Shown: positions 1 through 14,088, counted from the first letter of the stretch. The stretch is DNA of 64,000 nt from Octopus vulgaris (GCA_951406725.2 OX597839.1:5332001-5396000); one strand, 5' to 3'. Notes: a model not told the origin generated them from the sequence alone. Numbers and translations: made by a program.

Positions 1-440
1 CATGATTCGTTATTTACTATGAATGCTATCCAAGGTTGTATAAAACTTTTATACACAGAGACCGACAGAATACGTCGCAGGTTTTCGAAGAATAATTCTC
101 GGATCGATTCGTTCGATTAAAATTCTTCAAGGTGGTGCCTCGGCATGGCCACAGTCTAAGGACTGAAACAAGTAAATAATAAAAGGTAAATTCTATTGGC
201 TTTCTTGAACTATAACTAAATAATCGCACACACACCCACTCGCACATACACACACTCACACACCCCACACACACATAAAAATATATATACATATAAATTT
301 TGTGTAAAGAAATGTCGGGATGCTTTGCGTTCAGTTAAATGAAAACTGCATTAAATACTACAAAACGTACACGTAGGACAGATACAAAAGGACTGTATCT
401 CTTCATCAGTTATCGACTGAAAAATATACATATATATATA

Positions 441-748
441 TATAAACAACTTATAAAATAAGGGCAAAAGAAAAATTCTAATGCCAAATATGCCGAAAAA
501 AAGACAAAATACAATGGGTATGAGTAAGTATTTCATTTATGTTTTACGTATTTATCGCTGACGAGGAGAAAATTCTTATGAATTAACTCTGAAATTGGGA
601 CCAATACTGTAAGAACGGATTTTTTAGAAATTTATATCGGCTTGTTTCGAGACGCCTTAATTATAATGATTATTGACAATTTTGTCTTTTTTTCGGATTA
701 TTTGGCATTAGAATTTTTCTTTTGCCCTTATTTTATAAGTTATTTATA
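441..748 (+). mobile_element. Non-autonomous Penelope-like/retrozyme-type element, family H1, with inverted arms (441-510 / 679-748)
   Basis: About 70-bp inverted arms beside (TA)n; contains a hammerhead core; homologous copy in the opposite orientation at 12271-12528. Confidence 0.7.
552..612 (+). ncRNA. Type I hammerhead ribozyme motif (H1)
   Basis: ttatcg-CTGACGA-GGAG...CTCT-GAAA-TTGG-ga-CCAA-TA-ctgtaa: complete core with stems I-III, one mismatch in stem I. Confidence 0.75.
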
Positions 749-835
749 AATTTAACCTTTAAAGGTATTTTTTGATATGCTGGCCATTGCTAAAAATTTT
801 TTTTCGAAAATAAAAATTTTGTCCTACATTAGTTG

Positions 836-867
<32 letters not shown>

Positions 868-868
868 T

Positions 869-1027
869 ACGGGCTTCATTCAGTTTCCGTCAAACAAATC
901 TATTCACAGGGCTTTCGTCAGGTGAGGCTATAGTAGAAGGCACTTGCCCAAGGTGCAATGCAGTGGGACTGAACCCGGATGTATGTGGATGGGAAGCAAG
1001 TTCCTTACCACACAGCCATACCTGCGC
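869..1027 (-). mobile_element. tRNA-derived SINE family A, 5' half (degenerate)
   Basis: Reverse complement of the family A head (…ccgggttcagtcccactgc…cttgggcaagtg…acggaaactgaa). Confidence 0.8.
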
Positions 1028-1279
1028 ATGTTTGGATGGGAGAGGCGTAAATGTCACAGTTGGAAGTGCTTTTAATATGTCTATTCGATATAAAGAATGA
1101 GCAACATCAGCATCAAAAGTAATTACAACAGCAGCAACAACAACAACAATGAGAGCATGTGTAAGATTAGCTAAAGAACCATCAGTGAGTAGCGACAGAT
1201 GTGACAACCAGAGGCACCGGTAGAAATCGGTGCATGTGGAAGAACGGATGGAAATTCAACGGCAACAGCGCCAACAGCA

Positions 1280-1335
1280 GCAGTAAGACTAGCAGCAGCA
1301 GCAGCAATAGTAGTAGTAGTAGTAGTAGTAGTAGC

Positions 1336-1366
<31 letters not shown>

Positions 1367-1508
1367 CTAGTGGCATTGCCAGCATCATCATCATCAATAA
1401 CAATAGCATAAGCAGCTGCTAAGAGCAACAGCATCCACAGCTGCAGCAGCAGCTACAACAGCTGCAATAGCAGTAGCAAAAGTAATAGTAGTAGTAGTAG
1501 TAGTAGTT

Positions 1509-1545
<37 letters not shown>

Positions 1546-2013
1546 CGACAGCGGCGGCGGTGACTGTGGTGGTAGTAGTACTAGCAGCGTCAGTGGCGGT
1601 GGCGGCTGTGGTGGTGGTGGTGGTAGTAGTAGTAGTAGCAGTAGCGGCAGCGGCGGCGGCGGCGGCGACTGTGGTGGTAGTAGTACTAGCAGCGTCAGTG
1701 GCGGTGGCGGCTGTGGTGGTGGTGGTGGTAGTAGTAGTAGTAGCAGTAGCGGCAGCGGCGGCGGCGGCGGCGACTGTGGTGGTAGTAGTACTAGCAGCGT
1801 CAGTGGCCGTGGCGGCTGTGATGGTGGTAGTAGTAGTAGTAAAGGTAATAGTATTAGTATTATTATTATTATTAGTAGTAGTAGTAGTAGTAGTAGTTGC
1901 GGCAGCGGCGGCGACTGTGGTGAGTAGTAGTAGCATTAAAGGTAATAGTAGTAGTAGTAGTAGTAGTAGTGTTAGTAGTAATGTTAGTAGTAGTAGTAGT
2001 AGGAGTAGTAGTA

Positions 2014-2057
<44 letters not shown>

Positions 2058-2113
2058 TTAGTAGTAATGTTAGTAGTAGTAGTAGTAGTGTTAGTAGTAA
2101 TAGTAGTAGTAGC

Positions 2114-2144
<31 letters not shown>

Positions 2145-2264
2145 TTAGTAGTAATGGTAGTAGTATATTACCTTATAACTAAGCGAGTGTAACAACTGTA
2201 ACACCAGCCACCACAAGAACACGTAGAACGTTGTCATTGACAGCAACTACAGCTGCGAAATGAA

Positions 2265-2331
<67 letters not shown>

Positions 2332-2489
2332 AGCTACAACTACCACCACAACTACCGCTACTACTACCACCACCACTCCTACTAATAATAATAATACTGC
2401 TGCTGCTGCTAATACGACAACAACAACAACTACTACTACTACTGCTTCTATTACTACAGTTACTACTACTACTACTACTACTACTACTG

Positions 2490-2529
<40 letters not shown>

Positions 2530-2658
2530 CACTACTACTTCTATTACTACTTCTACTACTGCTTCTCTTACTACAGTTACTACAACTACAACTACTACTA
2601 CTACTACTACTACTACTGCTACTACTACTACTACTGCTGCTGCTTCTATTACTAGAGT

Positions 2659-2706
<48 letters not shown>

Positions 2707-2778
2707 CACTACTACTACTACTTCTATTACTACAGTTACTACTACTACTACTACAACTACTACTGCTGCTGCTTCTAT

Positions 2779-2819
<41 letters not shown>

Positions 2820-2900
2820 TTACAACTACTGCTGCTGCTGCTACTACTACCACCACCACCACCAATGCTACTAATGCTATTACAACTACAACTACTACTA
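1280..2900. repeat. Compound trinucleotide microsatellite (AGT/GGT/GCG/CTA) including a ~105-bp unit repeated three times at about 1520-1830
   Basis: Direct reading; accounts for the poly-V/T/S ORFs. Confidence 0.9.
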
Positions 2901-3280
2901 CTAGTACATCTGCAGCAGCAGTAACAGAATCTACTGCAAAATTGCAGCAATGCTAGAATATAACGTATAACAGCAGCAATGAGTCCCTATGCGGACGCTC
3001 AATTTGCCTGAAAGAGTAGCCAAAAAACCCTGAAATTGCTAACTATTATTTAAAAAAAAAAACAGGAGATTATAGATCAGATCGTATGATCTTATAAGAC
3101 CTCAACAACTGCATTACCAAACGCAACAGCAGCACTGAAAAAGAGCAAGCTTTAAGGTAGCAACACAACAGCAACATTGCTAAACAGTAATATTAGTAAA
3201 AGCAGGCGCGTCAACAGCAAGATCAGCAGTAACGCAATCGAAGCAGCAGTATTAGTAGACCCAGTAGTATTGACAGCAAC

Positions 3281-3324
<44 letters not shown>

Positions 3325-3889
3325 CAGCACTAGTAGTGGCTTCAGAAATAGCAACAGCAGCAACAAACTCAGCAGCATATCAGCAACAACGGAATCGATA
3401 ACATCAATAATGTAGTCTTTGATATGCTATGTCTGGAAAAATAAAAGCGATGGTCACGGTTGGAATGCTTTGATCATAAATGTGCTGTCTAGTCTGTTTT
3501 GGAGGTTGAATTGCTCGAACAATAACGTAGGGCTAACAATTCTGCACTGTATCTGTCCTCAGAGATGTTAGAAATAGCAACCAAAATTGCCTCAAATGAA
3601 ATCTCATTGTTTTTAAAATCGAAGCCACTGCAGTTGGAAATTTAATCGATGATATAACATTACAGAAAAAGTAAACATCAATACCTAATAATGATATTAA
3701 ATCGGCAGTCACACTTAATAGGATAAAACACGCATGCGCACACGCACACACACAGAGACAGACGCAGACACACAACTGCATGATGAATTACAACGCTCGT
3801 AACATCAATATTATAAGTCGCTACAACAAAACAACAACTACAACAAGAATATTGGTATTAACACACCAGTTACTGCAGCCTTAAAATAG

Positions 3890-3990
3890 CAATAGCAATA
3901 ATAATAACAATAATAATAATGATAATGATAATAATAATAATAACAATAATGATGATGATGATGATGATGATGATGATAATAATAATGATG

Positions 3991-4064
<74 letters not shown>

Positions 4065-4077
4065 AATGATGATGATG

Positions 4078-4126
<49 letters not shown>

Positions 4127-4159
4127 TGATGATGATAATAATAATAATAATAATAAAAC

Positions 4160-4216
<57 letters not shown>

Positions 4217-4221
4217 TGATG

Positions 4222-4285
<64 letters not shown>

Positions 4286-4290
4286 TGATG

Positions 4291-4354
<64 letters not shown>

Positions 4355-4382
4355 AAATAATAATAATGATAATAATAATAAT
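3890..4382. repeat. (TAA)n/(TGA)n microsatellite
   Basis: Direct reading. Confidence 0.95.
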
Positions 4383-4868
4383 AAATGCCCTGATGCAGTA
4401 CCAGGCAGTGGCTCTCATGGCTTCTGATCTTAACTGATTGGAAGTGTTATCATGTACATTGTTTTGTCTGGGTATAACAGATGGCCTACAGCAAATACCA
4501 TAGATTTGCTTGTCAGCTGTTTGTCATTAACCAGTTGAGCATTCCCTTAGTGGTTGACGATATGTGCATCTCTGATCACGAGCAGAAGTAGTGGGGGAGT
4601 ATCAGCCATGTGTTGAGAGGGATTCTTTGAAGTTTGAATAATTCGCCTCTGGAAACAACCCTTATTCAGGGACTTTTTGAGCGGGATGGGTCCCACCTGC
4701 AATGTCATGTGCTGTTTATCTTGATATGAGATCACCATGTCGCGCACATATGGTTGTGATACATGTGTCTAGTGTACTTTTATCAGACAGGTAGTCATGA
4801 TGGGTGTACTGGGCTTTGAATTTTTTAATCCCAGTGTCACTTTGATGGCATGCACTGTTCTCTCAATC
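4383..4868 (+). mobile_element. Non-coding (TAA)n-targeted retroelement segment (probable 3' UTR or non-autonomous derivative of a Dong-like element)
   Basis: Flanked by (TAA)n on both sides; two 5'-truncated copies with the same 3' end at 40386-40723 and 40829-40972. Confidence 0.65.
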
Positions 4869-4912
<44 letters not shown>

Positions 4913-4917
4913 TAATA

Positions 4918-5233
4918 AGACTAAAGCAATACCTGTTGTTATAGGTGCCCTTGGGAATGATAGCAAAAGGGGCTGATTGTTACCTAACTCAGATACCAGG
5001 AAACCCTCAAATGGCAGAAATTCAAAAGATAGTGCTCATGTGAACTGCTCATATCCTACGCAAAATACTTTCTATGTAATCTCAAGTTTTAAAACACATA
5101 ATTTTCGTATGGTTTTTTTAGGCATTCACTAGTATGGCACCCTAGGGTTAACACTTCCAACTTGTTGTCTCTTGAGGTCTCTGGGTGAGACTGGGAGTCA
5201 ACTTGTACAAATGTAAAGCAAAAGTTAAACATA
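4918..5233 (+). mobile_element. R4/Dong-clade non-LTR retrotransposon, 5'-truncated 3' end
   Basis: Encodes KTKAIPVVIGAL…YLTQIPGNPQMAEIQKIVLM*TAHILRKILSM*; homologous to 33932-34330; preceded by (TAA)n. Confidence 0.85.
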
Positions 5234-5398
5234 GGCGCAGGAGTGACTGTGTGGTAAGTAGCTTGCTAACCAACCACATGGTTCCGGGTTCAGTCCCACT
5301 GCGTGGCATCTTGGGCAAGTGTCTTCTGCTATAGCCCCGGGCCGACCAGTGCCTTGTGAGTGGATTTGGTAGACGGAAACTGAAAGAAGCCTGTCATG

Positions 5399-5442
<44 letters not shown>

Positions 5443-5645
5443 AATTTGTGTCTATGTTTGTCCCCCTAGCATTGCTTGACAACCGATGCTGGTGTATTTA
5501 CGTCCCCGTCACTTAGCGGTTCGGCAAAAGAGACCGATAGAATAAGTACTGGGCTTACAAAAGAATAAGTCCCGGGGTGGATTTGCTCGACTAAAGGCGG
5601 TGCTCCAGCATGGCCGCAGTCAAATGACTGAAACAAGTAAAAGAA
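5234..5645 (+). mobile_element. tRNA-derived SINE family A (CORE-like body), full length
   Basis: A-box/B-box-like head (tgtgtggtaag; ggttcagtccc), cttgggcaagtg CORE-like motif, internal (TA)n, tail ending aagtaaaaga; many copies in the window. Confidence 0.9.
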
Positions 5646-5657
5646 TAGAATAATAAC

Positions 5658-5729
<72 letters not shown>

Positions 5730-6024
5730 CGCATCAACAACAGTAGTCACAGCATTAACTTCGTAATACAGAACAGCGAAATATCAGTGTCAACAACAGC
5801 AACATCAGTCACAATATTAGCAACAGCAATAACAACAACATAAATTACGGCAGTCAAAGGATCGCGGTGATAAGATACAGCGTCATGGTTTATGTCACAA
5901 GAGTATGACATAACAGGAATCAAATGCTCCTGTAACAAGAGCGACAGCTGTGGTAGCAGCTGTAGCGGTCGTCTCAGCGTAGACATTATAAGCAACATTG
6001 TTCTCCGTGTTTCGTTGGTTCTTC

Positions 6025-6585
6025 TTTTATCGACGCCGAAATTTTGCAAAGCAAAGTAAACCTTTGCTTTGCAAAATTTCGGCGTGGAATGTGAAATCAG
6101 AATATAAAGACAGAGGAAATGTCGCCGCCTAGGGTTTTATCCAGTGTGCTAACGATTCTGCCAGCTCTCCCGCCTGAGAGCAAGAATATAAGATTGCTTT
6201 CAAATTTTGGCACAAGGCCAGCAATATCGGATGAGGGATAAGTCGATTACATCAACCCCTGTGTTCAGCTGGTGTGTTTACGCCCCCGTAACTTAGCGGT
6301 TCGGCAAAAGAACCGATAGAATAAGTACTAGGCTTAGAAAGAATAACTCCTGGGGTCGATTTGCTCGATTTAAATTTTAAGAACATTAAGGTAGTAGAGT
6401 TTATCTTCTGACTATATATATATACATATATACATATATACGACGGGTTTCTTTCAGTTTCCATCGGTCAGGTCCACTCACAAGGCTTTGATTGGCCCGA
6501 AGCTAAAGATTGGCCCAACTGAGACTGAACCCGGAACCATGTGGTTGAGAAACAAACTTCTTACCACACAGCCACTCTTGTGCCT
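6025..6585. mobile_element. Cluster of degenerate SINE B and SINE A fragments
   Basis: Reverse-strand SINE B head (ctaacgattctgccagct), family A 3' part, and reverse-strand family A head. Confidence 0.7.
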
Positions 6586-7171
6586 ATGGTGTAAAATCGC
6601 TTTAGGAGAAGGGAGATAATTTGCGCGCCAGTAGGTTAAGTTACCGAGTCACGTGTTGGATTTCTACAAATATCCAGGAAGCTAAGGTGAGGTATGGTGA
6701 GAAAAAAAAAGGAAGAGTTATTGCTGTAGCCATGATGGTTGTGGTATAACCGCTGGTTATGAAAAAGCTGAGGTTCCTAGTGATATTATTGGTGAAGGTG
6801 GTCGAAACGTATAGGGTGTCATTTGCAGGAAAGATGTCAATCATTGTGGTGGTGGTGGTGGAGGAGGTAGTGGTGGCGTGGTGGCGGTGGAGGAGGAGGG
6901 ACGACGACGTTGCCTTCCAGTTACAACGGTGGAGGTATTAATAGCATGTGATTGGCTGTCAAGGAATCTGGCAGCTGTTGGAATTGGCGACATAAACCGA
7001 AGTTGACACGAAACCAACAAAACCACAAAGATACCACCGAATGTGAGTTTCACACGCAATCACTGAAACCATAACTATAGCCTGAGCTACGAAACGATTG
7101 GTGTATTTGAGTATATTCTATGCATAGATGGATACGCATAAATATATATATACATATATATACGTATGTAA

Positions 7172-7239
<68 letters not shown>

Positions 7240-7508
7240 ACAGACTCACACGTTCATACACACTCACAAAGGCTATCACGATCACACACATGTGTGTGTG
7301 TGTGTACCGTGTGTGTGTAAATGTGAGTGTGTTTATGTCTAAATGTTCATAGGAATATCTGTCTATATAGCATTACAAGTAAACACACGTACACACAAAC
7401 ACACACACAAATATATATATATATATACATATACATGTGTGTGTGTTTGTATAAAGATAAAAATTTTCCATTCTTCACTTTATACATATATGTCTGTGTG
7501 TATGTATG

Positions 7509-7592
<84 letters not shown>

Positions 7593-8151
7593 ATTATGAA
7601 TGTGTGTGTATATATAGATAAATGCGGATATATATATATATGTGTATACATATATATATCTACATATGTAGGTATGTATGTAAGCATGTGTACATACACG
7701 TACAAAAACACGTACGCCTATGAATATATAGACATATGTATATACAATATATACATACATATATATATGTGTGTGTGAGTGTAATCAGGAGAAGGGGTTC
7801 TGTGTGCGTAGATATTAATGATGCATAAAGGCATTGTAGCTAAGATGAATGGATGGATGAATGAGAGATTATTCGTACGCACACGCACACACACACATAT
7901 GTATGTATACATACATACACATACACACACACACATATATATATAAGTGACTGTATGCATGTATGTGTGTGTATATTCTAAAATGTATATACTGCCATGA
8001 ATTACTGCACATACACAGAAATATGCAACAGCATGACGGATTAAGTCATCATACAACAGTTGTTATAAGGAAAAACACATGTATATATATAATTATACAT
8101 ACAAACACACACAACACATGCGCGTGCATATATACACACACACATATATAT

Positions 8152-8252
<101 letters not shown>

Positions 8253-8377
8253 TATATATATATAGACACATATATATGTATGTATTTATGTATGTATAGA
8301 AATGTGTTCAACACTGGCGTGTTAAGATAGTATCTAACTTTATATTTATAGTTTCCATAAAGATATTGTATATGTAC

Positions 8378-8408
<31 letters not shown>

Positions 8409-8449
8409 AATATATATATGGTATATAATATGTATTGTATATATTCATA

Positions 8450-8487
<38 letters not shown>

Positions 8488-8840
8488 TGCATCGGCTCTT
8501 ATACATATATAAGCACACTTACAGACACACACATGTGTATGTATGTATGTATGTAGGTATGTATGTATATATGTGCATATGTATCTATAGCGAGATGGAG
8601 AGAGGCAATTAGACAGAGACAGAGAAAGAAAGGGTGATGGAGAGAGCTGAGTCAATACATTAACACAAAAAGATGGACTAAAGTATAGAGTGTACAGAAA
8701 TGAAGTGAGGCAGAGAGGTGTAGTCGGAGCAAAGACGAGCCAAAGAGTGAGAGATCTATACACACACATATCTATATCTATATATATATATATCTATCTC
8801 TACAGACTCACACATTCACACGTAAACACGCACACACATA

Positions 8841-8880
<40 letters not shown>

Positions 8881-9126
8881 ATCACGACGACCACAGAAAT
8901 AAACGTCGGCGGTTGTGATTGATGATCTGAAAGCCTCGTTCATATATTTTACGTGCGCTTGTTTTCCTATTCGTGTTTACGGAGGGAGGAGATGGTCTCG
9001 ATATACGTCCGACATAATCACATAGCGAACAGTGTGACGGCGTCCAGTAAGATTTATGAATGCTCACATAAGCGAAGGTGCGTCTTTCTGTTTGGAGCCG
9101 ATGTTTATGTAAGAATATATATCTGG

Positions 9127-9178
<52 letters not shown>

Positions 9179-9222
9179 CGTGTGTGTGAGTGTGTATGTA
9201 TATATATGTATATATAATATAC

Positions 9223-9339
<117 letters not shown>

Positions 9340-9344
9340 TATAC

Positions 9345-9397
<53 letters not shown>

Positions 9398-10106
9398 ATA
9401 TACATATAATATATATATATATGTATATATATATAATATACATATAATATGCCAATATTCACACATGTGTGTATGGGTATGTGTGTATATTGGTGTATAT
9501 GTACAAGTATATATATGCATATGTGTGAATGGGTGTGTGAGTATATTTATATTGGTGTATATGTACAAGTATATATATATTTATGTGTATATATATATAT
9601 AATATGCCAATGTTCACATATGTGTGTATGGGTGTGTGTGTGTGTATATTTATATTGGTGTATATGTACAAGTATATATAAACATATGTGTATACATGTT
9701 TACATATATATATATATATATTATATCTTATCCATGTATCGATGCCAATGTACACTTACTTAAATTCCACTACACAAGCGCGGATAACATACCTAAACAT
9801 ATTTATCAACCTCCCTTCAGTGCATATCTCTTGTGCATATATGCTTACGTGTTATCCCTTGAAGGAAATGGGCGTGCACGCTAGCCTTGTGAGGTTTCTC
9901 AGGCTGGTAGGGAAAGGTGTTTGTCCTTAGACGCAATCCCCGTCCGATTCTCTGCAATTGTGTTCACTGTGCATACGGCATCAATCATGGTACTTATGCT
10001 AAACCTGATATAAGCGATATATACACGCTCGTCTGTGTAAATAGACACAGACACACTCAAATATATATACATACATATATACATTACATATATATACATA
10101 TGTATT

Positions 10107-10160
<54 letters not shown>

Positions 10161-10273
10161 GTAGTAACAGAAAAGAGGAATTTCGATTATCCCCACGTGG
10201 TGGGTTGTATTGTATTTAAGAAATTAAAAAAGGAAAATATGTACACGTACATGCTTGTAATATAATTTTTAAT

Positions 10274-10308
10274 ATATCGACCGGTTTCGCTATCACTATT
10301 CATGATAT
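10274..10308 (-). ncRNA. Decayed minimal type I hammerhead motif
   Basis: Reverse complement atatc-ATGAATA-gtgatagc-GAAA-CCGG-TC-gatat; perfect stem I and GAAACCGGTC signature, two core substitutions. Confidence 0.45.
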
Positions 10309-10321
10309 GTTTTATTTATTA

Positions 10322-10377
<56 letters not shown>

Positions 10378-10391
10378 ACACACACATATAT

Positions 10392-10533
10392 AGGAGTGAC
10401 TGTGTGGTAAGTAGCTTGCCTACGAACCACATGGTTCCGGCTTTAGTCCCACTGCGTGGCATCTTGGGCAAGTGTCTTCTACTATAGCCTCGGGCCGACC
10501 AAAGCCTTGTGAGTGGATTTGGTAGACGGAAGC

Positions 10534-10535
<2 letters not shown>
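10392..10535 (+). mobile_element. SINE family A, 5' half
   Basis: Matches 5234-5390. Confidence 0.85.
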
Positions 10536-10566
<31 letters not shown>

Positions 10567-10971
10567 ATGTTTGTATGTATGTGTTTATTATCATCATCAT
10601 CATTATTATCATCAGCATTATTATTATTATTACTATTATTATACATATAATGAGAACGACATTTGGTTGCAATTCTTAGTTTTATTACTACATCATAAAT
10701 TACATGAAGTGTACACGTGTTTCACTAGTATAGACAAGGAAACCAATGCCTGATTAACAAAAGAAAAGATTAACTTATTCTGTTGTTTGGTAGCGACGGG
10801 AGTTGGAACGCAGCAAATAACTAAGGACTGTTGATTTATTCATTAGCATCTTCTGAAACAAATAAAAGATATAATGAATTCTAGTACCATAATGTTACCC
10901 AATGTGTAATGTGCAGCCATTACTAATATGCTACACTAAACTTTTCCTTTTACCAACGACTATTTTTCGTC

Positions 10972-11185
10972 GCACGCCGGGTGAAATGCGTAACCGTATT
11001 TCGTCTGCCGTTACGTTCTGAGTTCAAATTCCGCCGAGGTCGACTTTGCCTTTCATCCTTTCGGGGTCGATAAATAATAAATTAAGGACCAGTTACGCAC
11101 TGGGGTCGATATAAGCGACTTAATCCGTTTGTCTGTCATTGTTTGTCCCCTCTATGTTTAGCTCCTTGTGGGTAATAAAGAAATA
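10972..11185 (+). mobile_element. tRNA-derived SINE family B (MetaSINE-like)
   Basis: B-box gagttcaaattcc followed by a Meta-domain-like gactttgcctttcatcctttcggggtcgataaa…accag. Confidence 0.85.
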
Positions 11186-11507
11186 TATTTTTAGTAGAAG
11201 GCTGAAGTGAGACACCCGAAGTTAATCGATTCAAAAGTTAATCATTGAATGTCTACATCTTAAAATATAGATAATTGAAAAGCTAAGATAGGTCACAGCT
11301 GAGGTCATGATTTAAGAAATATATAAATTCGTTGTACGTTAGCTGAAAGCATGCAAACTCACTTTTTAGCGAGACAGATCTACATAATGAATCGTATTTG
11401 AGAATTTCGGTATGATCCCGTTCTACTTCAAAATCCATCATACGACGTTCCGTAACCCTGTTTGTTCTCAAACTTTATTAGTTGATTATATCTGTCGTGA
11501 ATAGCAT

Positions 11508-11670
11508 TGGCTGTGTGGTAAGTAGCTTGCTTACCAACCACATGATTCTGGGTTCAGTCCCACTGCGTGGCACCTTGGGCAAGTGTCTTCTACTCTTGCC
11601 TCGGGCCGACCAAAGCCTTGTGAGTGGATTTGGTAGACGGAAACTGAAAGAAGCCCGTCGTATATATGTA

Positions 11671-11720
<50 letters not shown>

Positions 11721-11937
11721 TGTGTCTGTGTTTGTCCCCCTAGCATTGCTTGACAACCGATGCTGGTGTGTTTATGTCCCCGTTACTTAGCGGTTCGGCA
11801 AAAGAGACCGATAGAATAAGTACTGGGCTTGCAAAAGAATAAATCCCGGGGTCGAGTTGTTCGATTAAAGGCGGTGCTCCAGCATGGCCGCAGTCAAATG
11901 ACTGAAAACAAGTAAAAGAGTAAAGAGTAAAAGAGTA
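11508..11937 (+). mobile_element. SINE family A, near full length
   Basis: Matches 5234-5645; tail (agtaaaag)n. Confidence 0.9.
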
Positions 11938-12220
11938 TTGATATAAGAGATAAATTTTTCTTGTTTTGTAAAATCTCAGAAAATAATTAAAAATTCACAT
12001 TTTTTGTAAAAATTATTTTGTTATATTTATGTTATATTTATCTATCTATCCAACTGTAAACATTTTAAATATTTCATTAACTTTTTGTTATAACTTGGCA
12101 AAAGGGTACATATTTTGCCAAAAATTGCTAAATTTGTTCCGACAGTCTTCTTTATCCACAACCAGACTCGTAAACTTTGTCTTGAAAATATGCATCTATT
12201 GTATATATTGTATATACATA

Positions 12221-12270
<50 letters not shown>

Positions 12271-12272
<2 letters not shown>

Positions 12273-12524
12273 AACAACTTATAAAATAAGGGCAAAAGAA
12301 AAATTCTAATGTCAAATATGCCGAAAAAAAAATACAAAATTGTCAATAACCATTATAATTTATGCGTTTCGAAACATGCCGATAGACATTTCTAAAAAAT
12401 TTCGTTATTACCGTATTGGTCCCAATTTCGGGGTTAATTCATAAGAATTTTCCCCTCGTCAGCAATAAATACGTAAGACATAAATGAAATACTTACTCAT
12501 ACCCATGGAAAAATATAAAGTTCT

Positions 12525-12528
<4 letters not shown>
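12271..12528 (-). mobile_element. Family H1 hammerhead-bearing element inserted in (TA)n
   Basis: Reverse-complement homolog of 514-748, flanked by (TA)n on both sides. Confidence 0.75.
12408..12468 (-). ncRNA. Type I hammerhead ribozyme motif (H1), intact
   Basis: Reverse complement ttattg-CTGACGA-GGGG-aaaattcttatgaattaa-CCCC-GAAA-TTGG-ga-CCAA-TA-cggtaa; all three stems pair. Confidence 0.85.
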
Positions 12529-12581
<53 letters not shown>

Positions 12582-13359
12582 CCGTGCACACTACTATGGG
12601 CGTACGTCTACCTTACATGTGCAAATGCCGCACAGAGAAGACTGGCAGTTAAACACCCAACAACGTGCATACCCCCATACCCACAAAGAGACATGCACAC
12701 ATGCCCCTAGAGATGCATACCCTATGCATACACTTCCGCACGCACAAACACACACAGATGCAAAATCACGCATGCTCAAAGGAGAAGAGAAAAAAACCCA
12801 CAAACAAACCAAACATGCATACCAACACGCATGCGCGTTACACAAAGCAATTTGATGAGAAACTCAGAAGGGGATGAAAAAGTACAAGTAGCAAGCGAAA
12901 AAGAAAAAGGAAATGAAAAGCAAAAAGGCACGGCAAAGAGACACAGGCGTTCGATCTCACCCTCTTTCTTTCATTTTATTCTTTCATTCTTTCCTTATTT
13001 GTTTTCTTTTTTTTTTTTCTTTCTTTGTGTCTCTACTTTCATCTGTAAAGTTCTCGTGGTTGATGTTACGACTACAGTGAAATAGCGGGAGGAGAAGTGA
13101 GAGGAGGTGATGGAACGGTGGGAAGTTTATTACACTTCACGTATTAACCTATGCATAAGACTGGATGTGGAATAGCAAAAGACTACAACTGCATCATGCA
13201 TGTATGCATGTTAAAACATGTAGGCTCATGCACATGAATGTAGCCGAAAGTCTACGCTTCTTTCTCTGTGTGTCTGTGCGTGTTCGTGCGTTTGTAGGTA
13301 CGTATGCGTGTGCGCACGTGTTTGTGTGTGTGTACGTGTGTGTATTTTTGTTTATGTGC

Positions 13360-13469
13360 GTTTGAGTGTGTGTGTATGTGAGTTACATTGCAGTTATATG
13401 TATGCTAATGTGTGTATGTGTTTGGAAGTATGTTTCGGTATGAGTATATTTACATGTACGCATAGGTGT

Positions 13470-13521
<52 letters not shown>

Positions 13522-13773
13522 TTGAGTGTGTGTGTATGTGAGTTACAATGCAGTTATATGTATGTTGATGTGTGTATGTGTTTGGAAGTATGTTTCGGTA
13601 TGAGTATATTTACATGTACGTATAAATGTACGTGTGTATTTGTGTGTGTGTGTGTGTGTTTGTGTGTGTGTGTGAGTGTGTGAGTTGCATTGCAGTTATA
13701 TGCATGTTAATGTGTGCATGTGTTTGGAAGTAGGTTTCGGTATGAGTATATTTACATGTACGCATAGGTGTAC

Positions 13774-13805
<32 letters not shown>

Positions 13806-14056
13806 TTGTGTGTATGTGTGTGTGTTTGTGTGTGTGTGTATGTTTGGAAGTATGTTTCGGTATGAGTATATTTACATGTACGTATAAGCTGCGTGTGTCT
13901 GTGTGTTTGTGTGTGTGTGTGTCTTTGTGTGTTTGTGCGTTTGAGTGTGTGTGTGTGTGTGTGTGAGTTACGGTACTAGTATATGTATGTTAATGTGTGT
14001 ATGTATTTAGAAGTATGTTTCGGAATGAGTATATTTACATGCACGTATAAGTGTGC

Positions 14057-14088
<32 letters not shown>

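Noticed and set aside
380-415. Hammerhead on the minus strand (CTGATGA plus stem AGATACA/TGTATCT)
   Set aside because: No GAAA, stem III or stem I partner follows; at most a 5' remnant
1171-2950. Poly-Thr/Ala/Val/Ser mucin-like ORFs
   Set aside because: Open in several frames on both strands because of trinucleotide repeats; no splice or domain support
5234-5310. tRNA gene
   Set aside because: tRNA-like head of a SINE that continues into the SINE body; no complete cloverleaf or terminator
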